The notes below the pieces were generated by a model. It was not told the origin of the DNA and made no database searches. It saw nothing but the letters and a program-made list of their open reading frames with translations. A stretch of 64,000 nucleotides of DNA. It comes from Eubacteriales bacterium. Lineage in GTDB: Bacteria; Bacillota; Clostridia; Oscillospirales; CAG-382. The stretch is taken from contig JAQWDK010000001.1 in NCBI GenBank assembly GCA_028705495.1, positions 159,228 through 223,227 of the forward strand, written 5' to 3'. Position numbers and translations under genes: made by a program. Of this stretch, positions 56,628 through 64,000 are shown one piece after another (position 1 is the first letter of the stretch; each line of letters opens with the position of its first letter).

Positions 56628-59543
56628 ATGAAACAGAAAACAATAAAGATATTTGCTTTTCTAATTGGACTTTTCATTCTACTTTCTGTCTGTTACGTTT
56701 CCGTTTTTGCCCTTGAATGGGATGGAAGCTCAACGGGCGGTGGCGGTGCAGGCGTTTCCGCCGATGTGCGTGGCTTTTCTATAAGAACAACTGGTGATAA
56801 TGTTATCGGTTACCGATTTTCTATCGTAAATAAAAGCGGAGCAAATAAAGTTTCTAAAGTAATTGATGTATTTCGCAACAATTATTACGGTAATTACGCT
56901 TACACTTATGCATATAAGTTTAGCACAAAGTATAATAAGAAGCAACTAATAAACTATCAGAACAGCGGCTTTAAAACATCAAGAAATTCTACAAACTGTT
57001 ATAAGGAAGCAGATATGGGCTTTATAACATCGCTTCCAATAGCAAGCGGTATGTCTACTTGGCAGCAATATGCAGGAAATCTTAATAGTGTACTGTCAAA
57101 GTTAGGCGCAGGGACATTATCTTCACTAAAAAACGGTGATAAGATTATTGTTGAACCACTTTATGATGTAATGCTTGAAACGGTATATCATGCTCCAACA
57201 GTCACCGAGCTTGCCCTTTACGGGAAATATTTTTTAGGTTCAAATAATGACGGAGGTGCAAGCTCAACAGCATCGAGCTGGGGATTTATTGCAGCATATA
57301 CAAACAGGCATTATCCCAATGAATTATACACTCCCGATGGTCAAGGACTTTGGACTTCGGTAACAGCACTCCAAAAGCGAGCAACTTTCTATACGATAAT
57401 TAACTCCGGTTACGGTGTTGGTATCGCTTATATCGAAACAAAGTCTGACTTTTCACCGAACTTGACAGTACAAAAATGTGAAGCTTGGCCTGGTACTACA
57501 AGTACACGAAATAGCAATCACTACGGTGTCAGCACAGGAGACAGCTTTGCAACTTGGATTTACGGATATAGTTATCCCAGATCAGGTGATTCTATTTGGT
57601 ATGCGTTGTATTTCCCAGCTGAAACAGAAAATTGTTATGTAAAGCAAACGGTTTGGGTGGTCGGTGGTGGTTCAACTTCCCGTAATGTTTGGTCTAATTC
57701 CAACACTTGGTATGATGTAGCTTTGAGTCCGACAACGATTACTTCATCACAGAGTTATATCACAGTTAAGGTAAGAGTAGACTGGCTTGATTCAAATGGT
57801 GTAGTACAGAAATACGGTGCAGAAAAGACCTTCTATATCCCGATCAAACCGCTTATCTACCGAAACAAAGTAACAATGTACGATTATGTAGGAAATGTAG
57901 CAGCATATGACAGCACAAGCGGAAGCAGTGGTAAAGTTTATGTCGGCCAAAAGACCTACACCGATTACACCTACACTTCCGGCAACTCTTGGGGTTCATC
58001 AAACAACTTAAATGGTGTTATGTTAAAGTGGTCGGGAAACGAATGGGTGCAAGATATTAGCTTAATTGATGCTGCTGTAAATAAGAATGGAGCTATACTC
58101 AGTTCAAGTAGCTCACAAACGTTGACAAGCAATATAGGAAATTTTAGAGTTACAGACGACAGCAGTTCGGGTTCCAACATCATCAGATATAAAATGACGA
58201 CAGCTTGGGCAAGCGATGCAATCAACACAATTGAATCTAGTTATTTTACTATACCCGTTGTAAAAGCTGATGTCCAGTTAGCAAAAATCTATCTTGTTGA
58301 TAAAGATGGCTATTATATAGAAGAACAAGATTTGATGGTCGGTCAAGAGGTCACGGTTCAATATAAATATTACAACAATACAGAATGTCAAATTTATGTT
58401 GAAGGCTTTGATGATATGAATAATAGTTTGGGTATATATGCGATGAGACCCTACTCGTATATCTATGTCTATGGACGAACATTTACTGTTCCTGACTCTC
58501 GAACTTACAGCATTTGGGGTGGTGTTTATCTTGAAGGAGCTGGCTGGAATAAAACTGATTGGGAATCTAACGGTACAAACAATACTATGACTCTTACCTG
58601 TAAGGTCAATCATCCTGTAACCATTCAATGTATTTCTGCTAATGCAGCTTACAGAGAAGGAACCGATGTTATAACGAGTTTTTGGGTTAAGAGTGCAAAC
58701 GGCTTAGCATATACTCCGAGTTCTAATCTCAATATCAGAATTAGAATTTATAACAACTCTGGAACACCCATTAAGACAATAACAAAGACTCAGGTTCTCA
58801 TTCCATCAGATGATAAGAACTTGATTTATATTAAATGGTCTGTTCCACATGCTACAGGTGGCACCGTAAAAATAATAGCTGATGTGCTTAATAATGGAGT
58901 TTATTTTAACGAGGTAACAAAAGTCTATTCTACAACAACCTATACAGAAAGCCAAACGCCTGATACACAGTTTGAAAAGATAGCTCCGGCGGAATTTACG
59001 ACGTTAAGCTTCTCTACAAATACAAACAGTGTTGCAACATGGTATGAATACGCTTATGAGTCAGGATCGTTTGTCAAGAGACAGTATGGTTACGGCTTAT
59101 ATTTCAGAGAAGCGAAGATCGAACCAGCTACCGGGGTAACACACAAAAAGGTAAACGGAAAATGGTATATGAAGTCTGGGTATGGGATCTCTTTGACTTC
59201 AAGGAAAGATTCAACTGTTACGGTCAGCGGTTATCTTACTCCTTCAGCTAATGCATATACCTCAGCACAGTATTTTACAGCCGTGTTACCCGAATACATG
59301 TACAGTACGGAATCAGGCAAATGTACAACCCTTGTTGAGTCAGGCTCTACGGTGTCTTTCTCGACATTTGGGACTTATGGAAAGGTGCATTTTACACCGC
59401 TTTGGTTCCCTGATCAATATTATACGGTAGGAGTAATCTACTCCGATTGTTGGACGCCTTCTGGTATGCTAACAGTTAAAGGAGCCACAAACAGTATTAC
59501 CATTGATGGTTCAGCTTACGATGACCATTATATCGGTCACTAA
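56628..59543 (+). CDS. Large secreted protein (971 aa), candidate pilus-associated adhesin
   Basis: Signal peptide MKQKTIKIFAFLIGLFILLSVCYVSVFA. The body is beta-rich and Ser/Thr/Tyr-rich. There is no LPXTG or C-terminal TM. Confidence 0.6.
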   Translation: MKQKTIKIFAFLIGLFILLSVCYVSVFALEWDGSSTGGGGAGVSADVRGFSIRTTGDNVIGYRFSIVNKSGANKVSKVIDVFRNNYYGNYAYTYAYKFSTKYNKKQLINYQNSGFKTSRNSTNCYKEADMGFITSLPIASGMSTWQQYAGNLNSVLSKLGAGTLSSLKNGDKIIVEPLYDVMLETVYHAPTVTELALYGKYFLGSNNDGGASSTASSWGFIAAYTNRHYPNELYTPDGQGLWTSVTALQKRATFYTIINSGYGVGIAYIETKSDFSPNLTVQKCEAWPGTTSTRNSNHYGVSTGDSFATWIYGYSYPRSGDSIWYALYFPAETENCYVKQTVWVVGGGSTSRNVWSNSNTWYDVALSPTTITSSQSYITVKVRVDWLDSNGVVQKYGAEKTFYIPIKPLIYRNKVTMYDYVGNVAAYDSTSGSSGKVYVGQKTYTDYTYTSGNSWGSSNNLNGVMLKWSGNEWVQDISLIDAAVNKNGAILSSSSSQTLTSNIGNFRVTDDSSSGSNIIRYKMTTAWASDAINTIESSYFTIPVVKADVQLAKIYLVDKDGYYIEEQDLMVGQEVTVQYKYYNNTECQIYVEGFDDMNNSLGIYAMRPYSYIYVYGRTFTVPDSRTYSIWGGVYLEGAGWNKTDWESNGTNNTMTLTCKVNHPVTIQCISANAAYREGTDVITSFWVKSANGLAYTPSSNLNIRIRIYNNSGTPIKTITKTQVLIPSDDKNLIYIKWSVPHATGGTVKIIADVLNNGVYFNEVTKVYSTTTYTESQTPDTQFEKIAPAEFTTLSFSTNTNSVATWYEYAYESGSFVKRQYGYGLYFREAKIEPATGVTHKKVNGKWYMKSGYGISLTSRKDSTVTVSGYLTPSANAYTSAQYFTAVLPEYMYSTESGKCTTLVESGSTVSFSTFGTYGKVHFTPLWFPDQYYTVGVIYSDCWTPSGMLTVKGATNSITIDGSAYDDHYIGH

Positions 59544-59567
59544 AAAACAAGAGAATAAGAAATAAAA

Positions 59568-59607
59568 AACAGTTAGCGGCGGTGTGAAAGCATCGCCGCT
59601 AACTGTT
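59568..59607. terminator. Perfect 14-bp hairpin; A-tract upstream, no T-tract downstream
   Basis: aacagttagcggcg (59568-59581) / cgccgctaactgtt (59594-59607). On the minus strand it would read as a canonical intrinsic terminator. Confidence 0.4.
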
Positions 59608-59622
59608 GCGAATGGAGTTTAT

Positions 59623-60234
59623 ATGGACGAAGAAAAAAGGTATGCCGACACCTATGAGATTATCCACTCTTTCAAAATCGGAAGAACGGAAGTTGTCATC
59701 GGTGAGGATCAAAAAAAAACCGAAAATCAGTATATTGTTGCCAACTACGAAGATAACGGAATCATCGGCAGGTATTTTGATGTTGTAGGAAGTGAAGATT
59801 ATGCAGAAATTGTAGCCATTTATTCAACGAGAATTACCATTGAAGCAACGAAAGTCCGTGATGAAAACGAGGTTAAAATTGCAGGCTATGACAGTACGCT
59901 TATCGGTCTTGATAGGTGCGATAAAACTACTTGGGAGGACGATATTTACGACAAAATCATTGTTATCAAGCCCACTTCCCTGAGAAGAGAGTTTCGCACT
60001 CCTTTGCACCAATTAAAAGTCGTAACTGGCGGTTTCGGTGCCTCTGCAAAATCCAGAGGTCAGTCAGTTTTTTGCAAAGACTTGTTTACCAGCAAGGTTA
60101 CAAGATATGACCGCACTGATGTTCTCGGCACCATTGAAAAAGATAATCTTCCGATGTGGGCAAAAACATTTATAAAAGAAAACGAGAAAAAGATTGAGAT
60201 AAAGAAGTCTCCGACTTCGAGGGTGGAGCGATGA
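59623..60234 (+). CDS. Hypothetical protein (element-associated)
   Basis: ATG 59623 follows AATGGAG. The track start at 59584 lies inside the hairpin. Confidence 0.5.
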   Translation: MDEEKRYADTYEIIHSFKIGRTEVVIGEDQKKTENQYIVANYEDNGIIGRYFDVVGSEDYAEIVAIYSTRITIEATKVRDENEVKIAGYDSTLIGLDRCDKTTWEDDIYDKIIVIKPTSLRREFRTPLHQLKVVTGGFGASAKSRGQSVFCKDLFTSKVTRYDRTDVLGTIEKDNLPMWAKTFIKENEKKIEIKKSPTSRVER

Positions 60235-60282
60235 ATGTAAAAAGTGAGGTGAACCGAAATGTACGAAGACGAATTCAACGAA

Positions 60283-60420
60283 TATGAAAACAACGGCGAA
60301 GACTGTATCATAAGGTTCACCAAAGAACAATATGATGAAATCGTGACTCTTGCCTTAGATTGCGGTTTGAGTGTCAAAGAGCTTATTTTTCATCGATTAT
60401 TCGGTAGCATGGAATTGTAA
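60283..60420 (+). CDS. Possible 45-aa ribbon-helix-helix-like protein
   Basis: MKTTAKDCIIRFTKEQYDEIVTLALDCGLSVKELIFHRL has the beta-strand/helix/helix pattern of MobC/CopG-type proteins. It is below the ORF-track size cut-off. Confidence 0.3.
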   Translation, partial: YENNGEDCIIRFTKEQYDEIVTLALDCGLSVKELIFHRLFGSMEL

Positions 60421-60428
60421 AGGAGCAG

Positions 60429-61382
60429 ATGCAAATGGAATTACGAGCAATGACACCCACAGAGCGTATGTATATATATGCTCAAAGTTCGCAAATCAGC
60501 AGACAGACGGGACTGATCGGACACCTTCGTGCCGATATGGATACTGACGGTCAAGGCTTTTTCTCCACTTGGTTTGATTACCGCAAAGACCTTAAAACAG
60601 ACTCGTTTAAGACAGAGTTTGACGAGGTTATGGATGCTTGCCGATTTAGTGACAAATACGGGCACATGCTTGGTGATAGAGAGCTGATGAAGCGGTATTG
60701 TTGCGATCATCCTGATGCCGGGTTTGAAGGTAGCTGCACCACTATATACGGCTTCCGCATAGATACGGATAACTTTGCTTATCTGTTACGGCTAAACCCT
60801 CAAAAGGGTGATTATAACCTGTACTGCTACTGCTACCGTAGAGATTGGCTTGACAGCCATCTGCAAAAAGCCGAGCGAGGTATTCTCTTTATTACCCCAA
60901 ATTATGATGAGAAGTTTCGTATTTTAGACGGAGATAAAGTTCGTGTGACTTATTATGACGGCGAAACCAAAGACTACACTTGTAGATATATCGACGATTA
61001 TCACGTGGAGGTCGGAGATAACCTTTATCATATTTGCGAGCTTGCCGAGCGTATGGAGCAAAACGGAAACAAGGTTATACCTCTTCGTTCTTCTTTGCCT
61101 GAACAGTGCTATTCCACGCTTGCCACATCAAAGGAAATTATCATCTTAAAGCGTGGCGAATCAGGATATTACAGAACGGATATTGAGTATCAGAACCAAG
61201 AGGAATCGAGAAAAATCGTTGATGCTTGCAACGCAGAGCTTGGCGTTACGAAAGCACAAGAGGAAGCAATGAAAGCCGGTTCGATGTTCGGCTTTGAAGT
61301 TCCCGGCGCTGATCCTAAAAACTACAACGATAACGGAAAGCCACTGAAGCTGAAACATAAAGACAGAGATGATGTTAGATGA
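60429..61382 (+). CDS. Hypothetical protein (element-associated)
   Basis: A 317-aa ORF. I cannot name a family with confidence. Confidence 0.5.
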   Translation: MQMELRAMTPTERMYIYAQSSQISRQTGLIGHLRADMDTDGQGFFSTWFDYRKDLKTDSFKTEFDEVMDACRFSDKYGHMLGDRELMKRYCCDHPDAGFEGSCTTIYGFRIDTDNFAYLLRLNPQKGDYNLYCYCYRRDWLDSHLQKAERGILFITPNYDEKFRILDGDKVRVTYYDGETKDYTCRYIDDYHVEVGDNLYHICELAERMEQNGNKVIPLRSSLPEQCYSTLATSKEIIILKRGESGYYRTDIEYQNQEESRKIVDACNAELGVTKAQEEAMKAGSMFGFEVPGADPKNYNDNGKPLKLKHKDRDDVR

Positions 61383-61525
61383 TTGACACTTGTGTTTGCT
61401 ATGGTGAAATTGTATCGGAAGGCAGAATGGTATGCCCAAAATGCGAAACCTCTGACGAAAGGAGCGATGTTGATGTCGAAGAAAAAATACGTGATCTGGA
61501 GCAACGCAGATCTAAATGTCAATGA
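61379..61525 (+). CDS. Possible 48-aa zinc-ribbon protein
   Basis: MIDTCVCYGEIVSEGRMVCPKCE... Its ATG shares an ATGA overlap with the upstream stop. It overlaps the next gene's start. Confidence 0.3.
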   Translation: MIDTCVCYGEIVSEGRMVCPKCETSDERSDVDVEEKIRDLEQRRSKCQ

Positions 61526-62048
61526 AGAATGGATAGATGCTTACAAGGAGCATCTTGAAATCAATGACCGAAAAATTCCTAAAGAAATTTTCGATGATGA
61601 TGTTTACGAATTTATGTATGATACCAATTCGGATTACCTTGACGATGAGCGTAGCAATCTGAACATTCAGCTAACCCGTCCTATTATTGTAATCGGAGAT
61701 TTAGGACTGTGGAATGGTCGAAGGATGGGATACAAAGAAATCTCAAGCGGAAATATCCGGGATTGTCTTTATTCCGAATGTGACTACAACACTTGGTATA
61801 TCGACAAACAGGGCGATCTTTGTTGTGAAGCGATCCATCACGACGGAACAAACTTTTACACCTACCGAGCCATTCGCACCGATGCAACCGAAGCTCAAAT
61901 TGAGAACCTGAAAGACAAGCTTTACCATGGGACGGCAACAAGGTCGGACATTACCCGTAGTACTGTCCGTCTTGGTGATGAAATCGGTAAGGCTTACGGT
62001 TGGGAGATCAGTGGAAGAAAACCTGCTGAAAAAAGCTGTGCAAGATAG
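61473..62048 (+). CDS. Hypothetical protein (element-associated)
   Basis: ATG 61473 (MSKKKYVIWSN...) follows AAAGGAG, so it is shorter than the track ORF. Confidence 0.5.
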   Translation: MSKKKYVIWSNADLNVNEEWIDAYKEHLEINDRKIPKEIFDDDVYEFMYDTNSDYLDDERSNLNIQLTRPIIVIGDLGLWNGRRMGYKEISSGNIRDCLYSECDYNTWYIDKQGDLCCEAIHHDGTNFYTYRAIRTDATEAQIENLKDKLYHGTATRSDITRSTVRLGDEIGKAYGWEISGRKPAEKSCAR

Positions 62049-62096
62049 AGGGGCTAAGTTTTTAAAGATAAATTTTCTATCATGAAGTTTTTTTAC

Positions 62097-62121
62097 TTCG
62101 CGCCGGGTAGAATGGCGCGAA
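62097..62121. other. GC-rich hairpin in AT-rich intergenic gap
   Basis: ttcgcgcc-gggtagaat-ggcgcgaa has an 8-bp stem. Confidence 0.25.
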
Positions 62122-62181
62122 TCGCAAAGGACGCGACCGAAACAAGTTTACAACTTAACATTGAAAGGAATGGTCATATAA

Positions 62182-64000
62182 TTGGCAAATAAACTGCAAA
62201 TAACAACGGCAGTATGCGAGGAACAAATGCATGAAGTCTGCCAAAATGCAGATAGTTGGATGCGTTTCCTGACAACTGCCGCTAACAACTACAAGTACCG
62301 TTTCAAAGACCAGATTTTGATTTATGCTCAGAAACCTAATGCAACCGCTTGTGCTGAAATCGAGACTTGGAACAAGCTCGGTCGATGGATAAACAAAGGC
62401 ACACGAGGCATTGCGCTTCTTATTGACTGTGATGTTCAGTACCGATTGCGACACGTATTCGATATTGCAGATACCAATAGTTATTACGGAAACAATGTGA
62501 TGCTTTGGCTGATGAATGAGCGATACGAAAGTATGGTTACAGAAGCTCTTATCAACAGCTTTGGCGAGATTGAAAGTGACAGGCACTTTACTGAGGTTCT
62601 TATCAGTACTGCTGAAAATGTAGTAATGGACAATATTCCCGATTACCTTGAACAACTAAAAGCTGCAAAAGGGACGAGTTTTTTAAGTGACCTTGACGAT
62701 TTTAATATTGAAGTGGTTTTCAAGAAAACGCTTGTAAACAGCGTTGCTTTCATGTTGATTGAGCGTTGCGGTTTTGAAGGAAAAGAGTTCTTTGGTCACG
62801 ATGCTTTTTCCGAATTGTATCAGTTCTGTTCTTCTGAAACAGTTTCTGTTTTGGGCGGTGCCGCAAGCGACATTTCCGAAATGGTTTTGCGTGAAATAGC
62901 CGAAACGGTAAAGATTGCAGAGCGACAGGAGAAATCGACAAATTACACATTTGCAAATCCTCCCTCAAAAAAGGATAATATAATCACAAATAAAGAAAGC
63001 GAAAGGAGCGGACAAAATGAATATCACTTACACGAATCAGGGAGATTACCAGATACCCGACCTGACAGTACCCGAAAGCCCGAATGGAATTGGGAAGTAT
63101 GGGATGCTACGCCGGACATTTCTCAGAGACCACAAGGACGGTCTTTACACCGGGATGCTGATGACGAACAAGCTGAACGATCACCTTCAGGTGATAGACA
63201 GACAGGCAACCGAGATGATGGAGGAGCTGACAGCGAGACTGTCGAAGCTTCAGGGAGTGAGCGAGAAGCTCAAGGGCGAGGACCAGATGCGTTGGGTTCA
63301 GTTAATGAACAACATTCGCAATCAAGCCGAAGAAACAGTCCTAAAGGAGATAGTTTACCGTTAAGCGGTTTTACCGATTATTTCCGAACTGAGGTTGACT
63401 ATTTTCACGAAGATGCAGAAAAAAACGAGTTAATACGAAACTGCCCACAACTAAATGACCACAGAGTAGAGATTGCCACATTCTTTAAGTCGCAAAGCGA
63501 CAACAAAGAGCGTGGCAACTTCTTACGGTCGTTTTTCGATGAGAAGCCATATCAGACTACGCTTTCAAACGGTTTGGGTACAGGCTTTAAGGCATACAGC
63601 GACTGTATTCATTTGTGGTGTGGAGTAAGCTTTGATACAAGAGAAAAAGATGCTATTTACCGTTGGGAACACCTTGCTAACCGTGTCTACGGAATGATGC
63701 TGATTCGAGAGTGGCTGGAAGAAAACGAACCTGTTCTCCTTACTGAAGATGAACAGATACAGTTTATAGAGAATAACAGTAAACTAAAAAGTCAGGAATT
63801 TTCAATACCACAGGAAGCCATTGACTATGTGCTGATAAAAGGAAGCGGTATTTCGCAAGGTAAATTCCGTATTTACGAGCAGATTTCCAAGAAAGAAACC
63901 ACAGATAAGAATATAGATTTTTTAAAAGGTGAATACGGCATGGGTGGCAGTAGTGATGCAATTCCTGGTACAGGTTATTGGGTAAACTACGATGCTAAAG
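62182..64000 (+). CDS. Large open frame, partial: ArdC-N-like ssDNA-binding domain followed by polyvalent-protein-type domains (runs off window)
   Basis: There is no stop from TTG 62182 to 64000; I checked each codon to 63369. WMRFLTTAANNYKYRFKDQILIYAQKPNATACAEIETWNKLGRWINKGTRGIALL resembles ArdC N-terminal domains. The frame is not in the ORF track because it has no stop in the window. Confidence 0.6.
   Translation, partial: MANKLQITTAVCEEQMHEVCQNADSWMRFLTTAANNYKYRFKDQILIYAQKPNATACAEIETWNKLGRWINKGTRGIALLIDCDVQYRLRHVFDIADTNSYYGNNVMLWLMNERYESMVTEALINSFGEIESDRHFTEVLISTAENVVMDNIPDYLEQLKAAKGTSFLSDLDDFNIEVVFKKTLVNSVAFMLIERCGFEGKEFFGHDAFSELYQFCSSETVSVLGGAASDISEMVLREIAETVKIAERQEKSTNYTFANPPSKKDNIITNKESERSGQNEYHLHESGRLPDTRPDSTRKPEWNWEVWDATPDISQRPQGRSLHRDADDEQAERSPSGDRQTGNRDDGGADSETVEASGSEREAQGRGPDALGSVNEQHSQSSRRNSPKGDSLPLSGFTDYFRTEVDYFHEDAEKNELIRNCPQLNDHRVEIATFFKSQSDNKERGNFLRSFFDEKPYQTTLSNGLGTGFKAYSDCIHLWCGVSFDTREKDAIYRWEHLANRVYGMMLIREWLEENEPVLLTEDEQIQFIENNSKLKSQEFSIPQEAIDYVLIKGSGISQGKFRIYEQISKKETTDKNIDFLKGEYGMGGSSDAIPGTGYWVNYDAK
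63017..63364 (+). CDS. tnpV: TnpV-family transposon-associated protein
   Basis: MNITYTNQGDYQIPDLTVPE...IGKYGMLRRTFLRDHKDGLY...MRWVQLMNNIRNQAEETVLKEIVYR matches the TnpV pattern known from Tn4451-type elements. It has its own RBS (GAAAGGAG) and is visibly GC-richer than its flanks. Confidence 0.8.
   Translation: MNITYTNQGDYQIPDLTVPESPNGIGKYGMLRRTFLRDHKDGLYTGMLMTNKLNDHLQVIDRQATEMMEELTARLSKLQGVSEKLKGEDQMRWVQLMNNIRNQAEETVLKEIVYR

Larger units (their letters stand above)
44608..64000. mobile_element. Partial conjugative-element or plasmid-like backbone (boundaries not identified)
   Basis: Sigma-like HTH, ParA/ParB, SpoVG homolog, ParB-fold proteins, Tad-type pilus genes, tnpV and an ArdC-N/polyvalent-type giant ORF, all on one strand. 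No integrase, relaxase, VirB4 or VirD4 lies in the window. Confidence 0.5.

Noticed and set aside
60258-60335. An ATG-initiated ORF after GAGGTGA (MYEDEFNEYENNGEG...).
   Set aside because: On exact reading it terminates after 25 codons. The RHH-like sequence is in a different frame starting at 60283, and it is reported with low confidence only.
62155-62968. Minus-strand ORFs 62155..62655 (166 aa) and 62750..62968 (72 aa) from the ORF track.
   Set aside because: They lie antisense to a plus-strand frame with clear ArdC-N-like sequence and no stops. Their translations are low-complexity and have no recognisable motifs, so I treat them as shadow ORFs.
63300-63369. Programmed -1 frameshift fusing TnpV to the downstream polyvalent-type frame.
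   Set aside because: I could find no X-XXY-YYZ slippery heptamer or obvious downstream stimulatory structure near the tnpV stop.
1-64000. Search for CRISPR arrays, tRNA/rRNA genes, IS transposases, integrases, reverse transcriptases (YxDD) and restriction-modification genes.
   Set aside because: I found none by reading the ORF translations and intergenic regions. Absence of small RNAs cannot be guaranteed without covariance-model scans.

Overview
Low-GC, Firmicutes-type (probably Clostridia) DNA; the taxon is inferred from protein flavour only. I found no rRNA, tRNA, CRISPR array or IS transposase. The window reads as four blocks. (1) 1-8.7 kb holds an HTH regulator, several zinc-ribbon/membrane/lipoprotein ORFs, an ABC-2 exporter pair and a 5'-truncated metallophosphoesterase that abuts an AraC fragment. 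(2) 8.6-33 kb is a capsule/EPS locus. It starts with decayed remnants: an Arm/AP2-like::NeuD-type acyltransferase chimera, a DegT aminotransferase fragment and a truncated duplicate of the priming sugar transferase. An intact Wzx/Wzy-type locus follows, resembling S. aureus cap5/8. It has capM/N/L-like genes, a WbpG/HisH/HisF-type amidotransferase trio, ManNAcA genes, a pyruvyl transferase and fnlA-fnlB...fnlC. The fnl pathway is split by a 3.7 kb AT-rich cassette of three unknown ORFs (an HExxH protein, a 588-aa membrane-anchored protein and an acidic protein), marked by a second diverged copy of the fnlB 3' end. (3) 33.9-43.4 kb is a defence-island-like stretch. It contains a UvrD/PcrA-family helicase, a minus-strand four-gene cluster (SMODS/CD-NTase-like, then a 4TM effector, then a 75-aa protein, then a RES-domain protein), AbiEi/AbiEii, an XRE/AbrB pair and a LexA-like repressor. 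Canonical GAAC-N4-GTTC boxes sit in the helicase and LexA-like promoters. (4) 44.6-64 kb is a mobile-element backbone. It carries a sigma-like HTH, ParA/ParB, a SpoVG homolog, two ParB-fold proteins and a complete Tad/Flp-type pilus set with a shared unusual EGY N-terminal motif. It also carries a Cys-rich protein, a 971-aa secreted protein, and a reading frame of more than 600 codons (ArdC-N-like domain, polyvalent-protein style) that stays open across a complete out-of-frame tnpV gene. My best candidates for something undescribed are the fnl-splitting cassette, the CD-NTase/4TM + small protein + RES arrangement, the element-borne Tad-like apparatus, and the nested tnpV. All function calls rest on motif recognition by eye; no searches were run.
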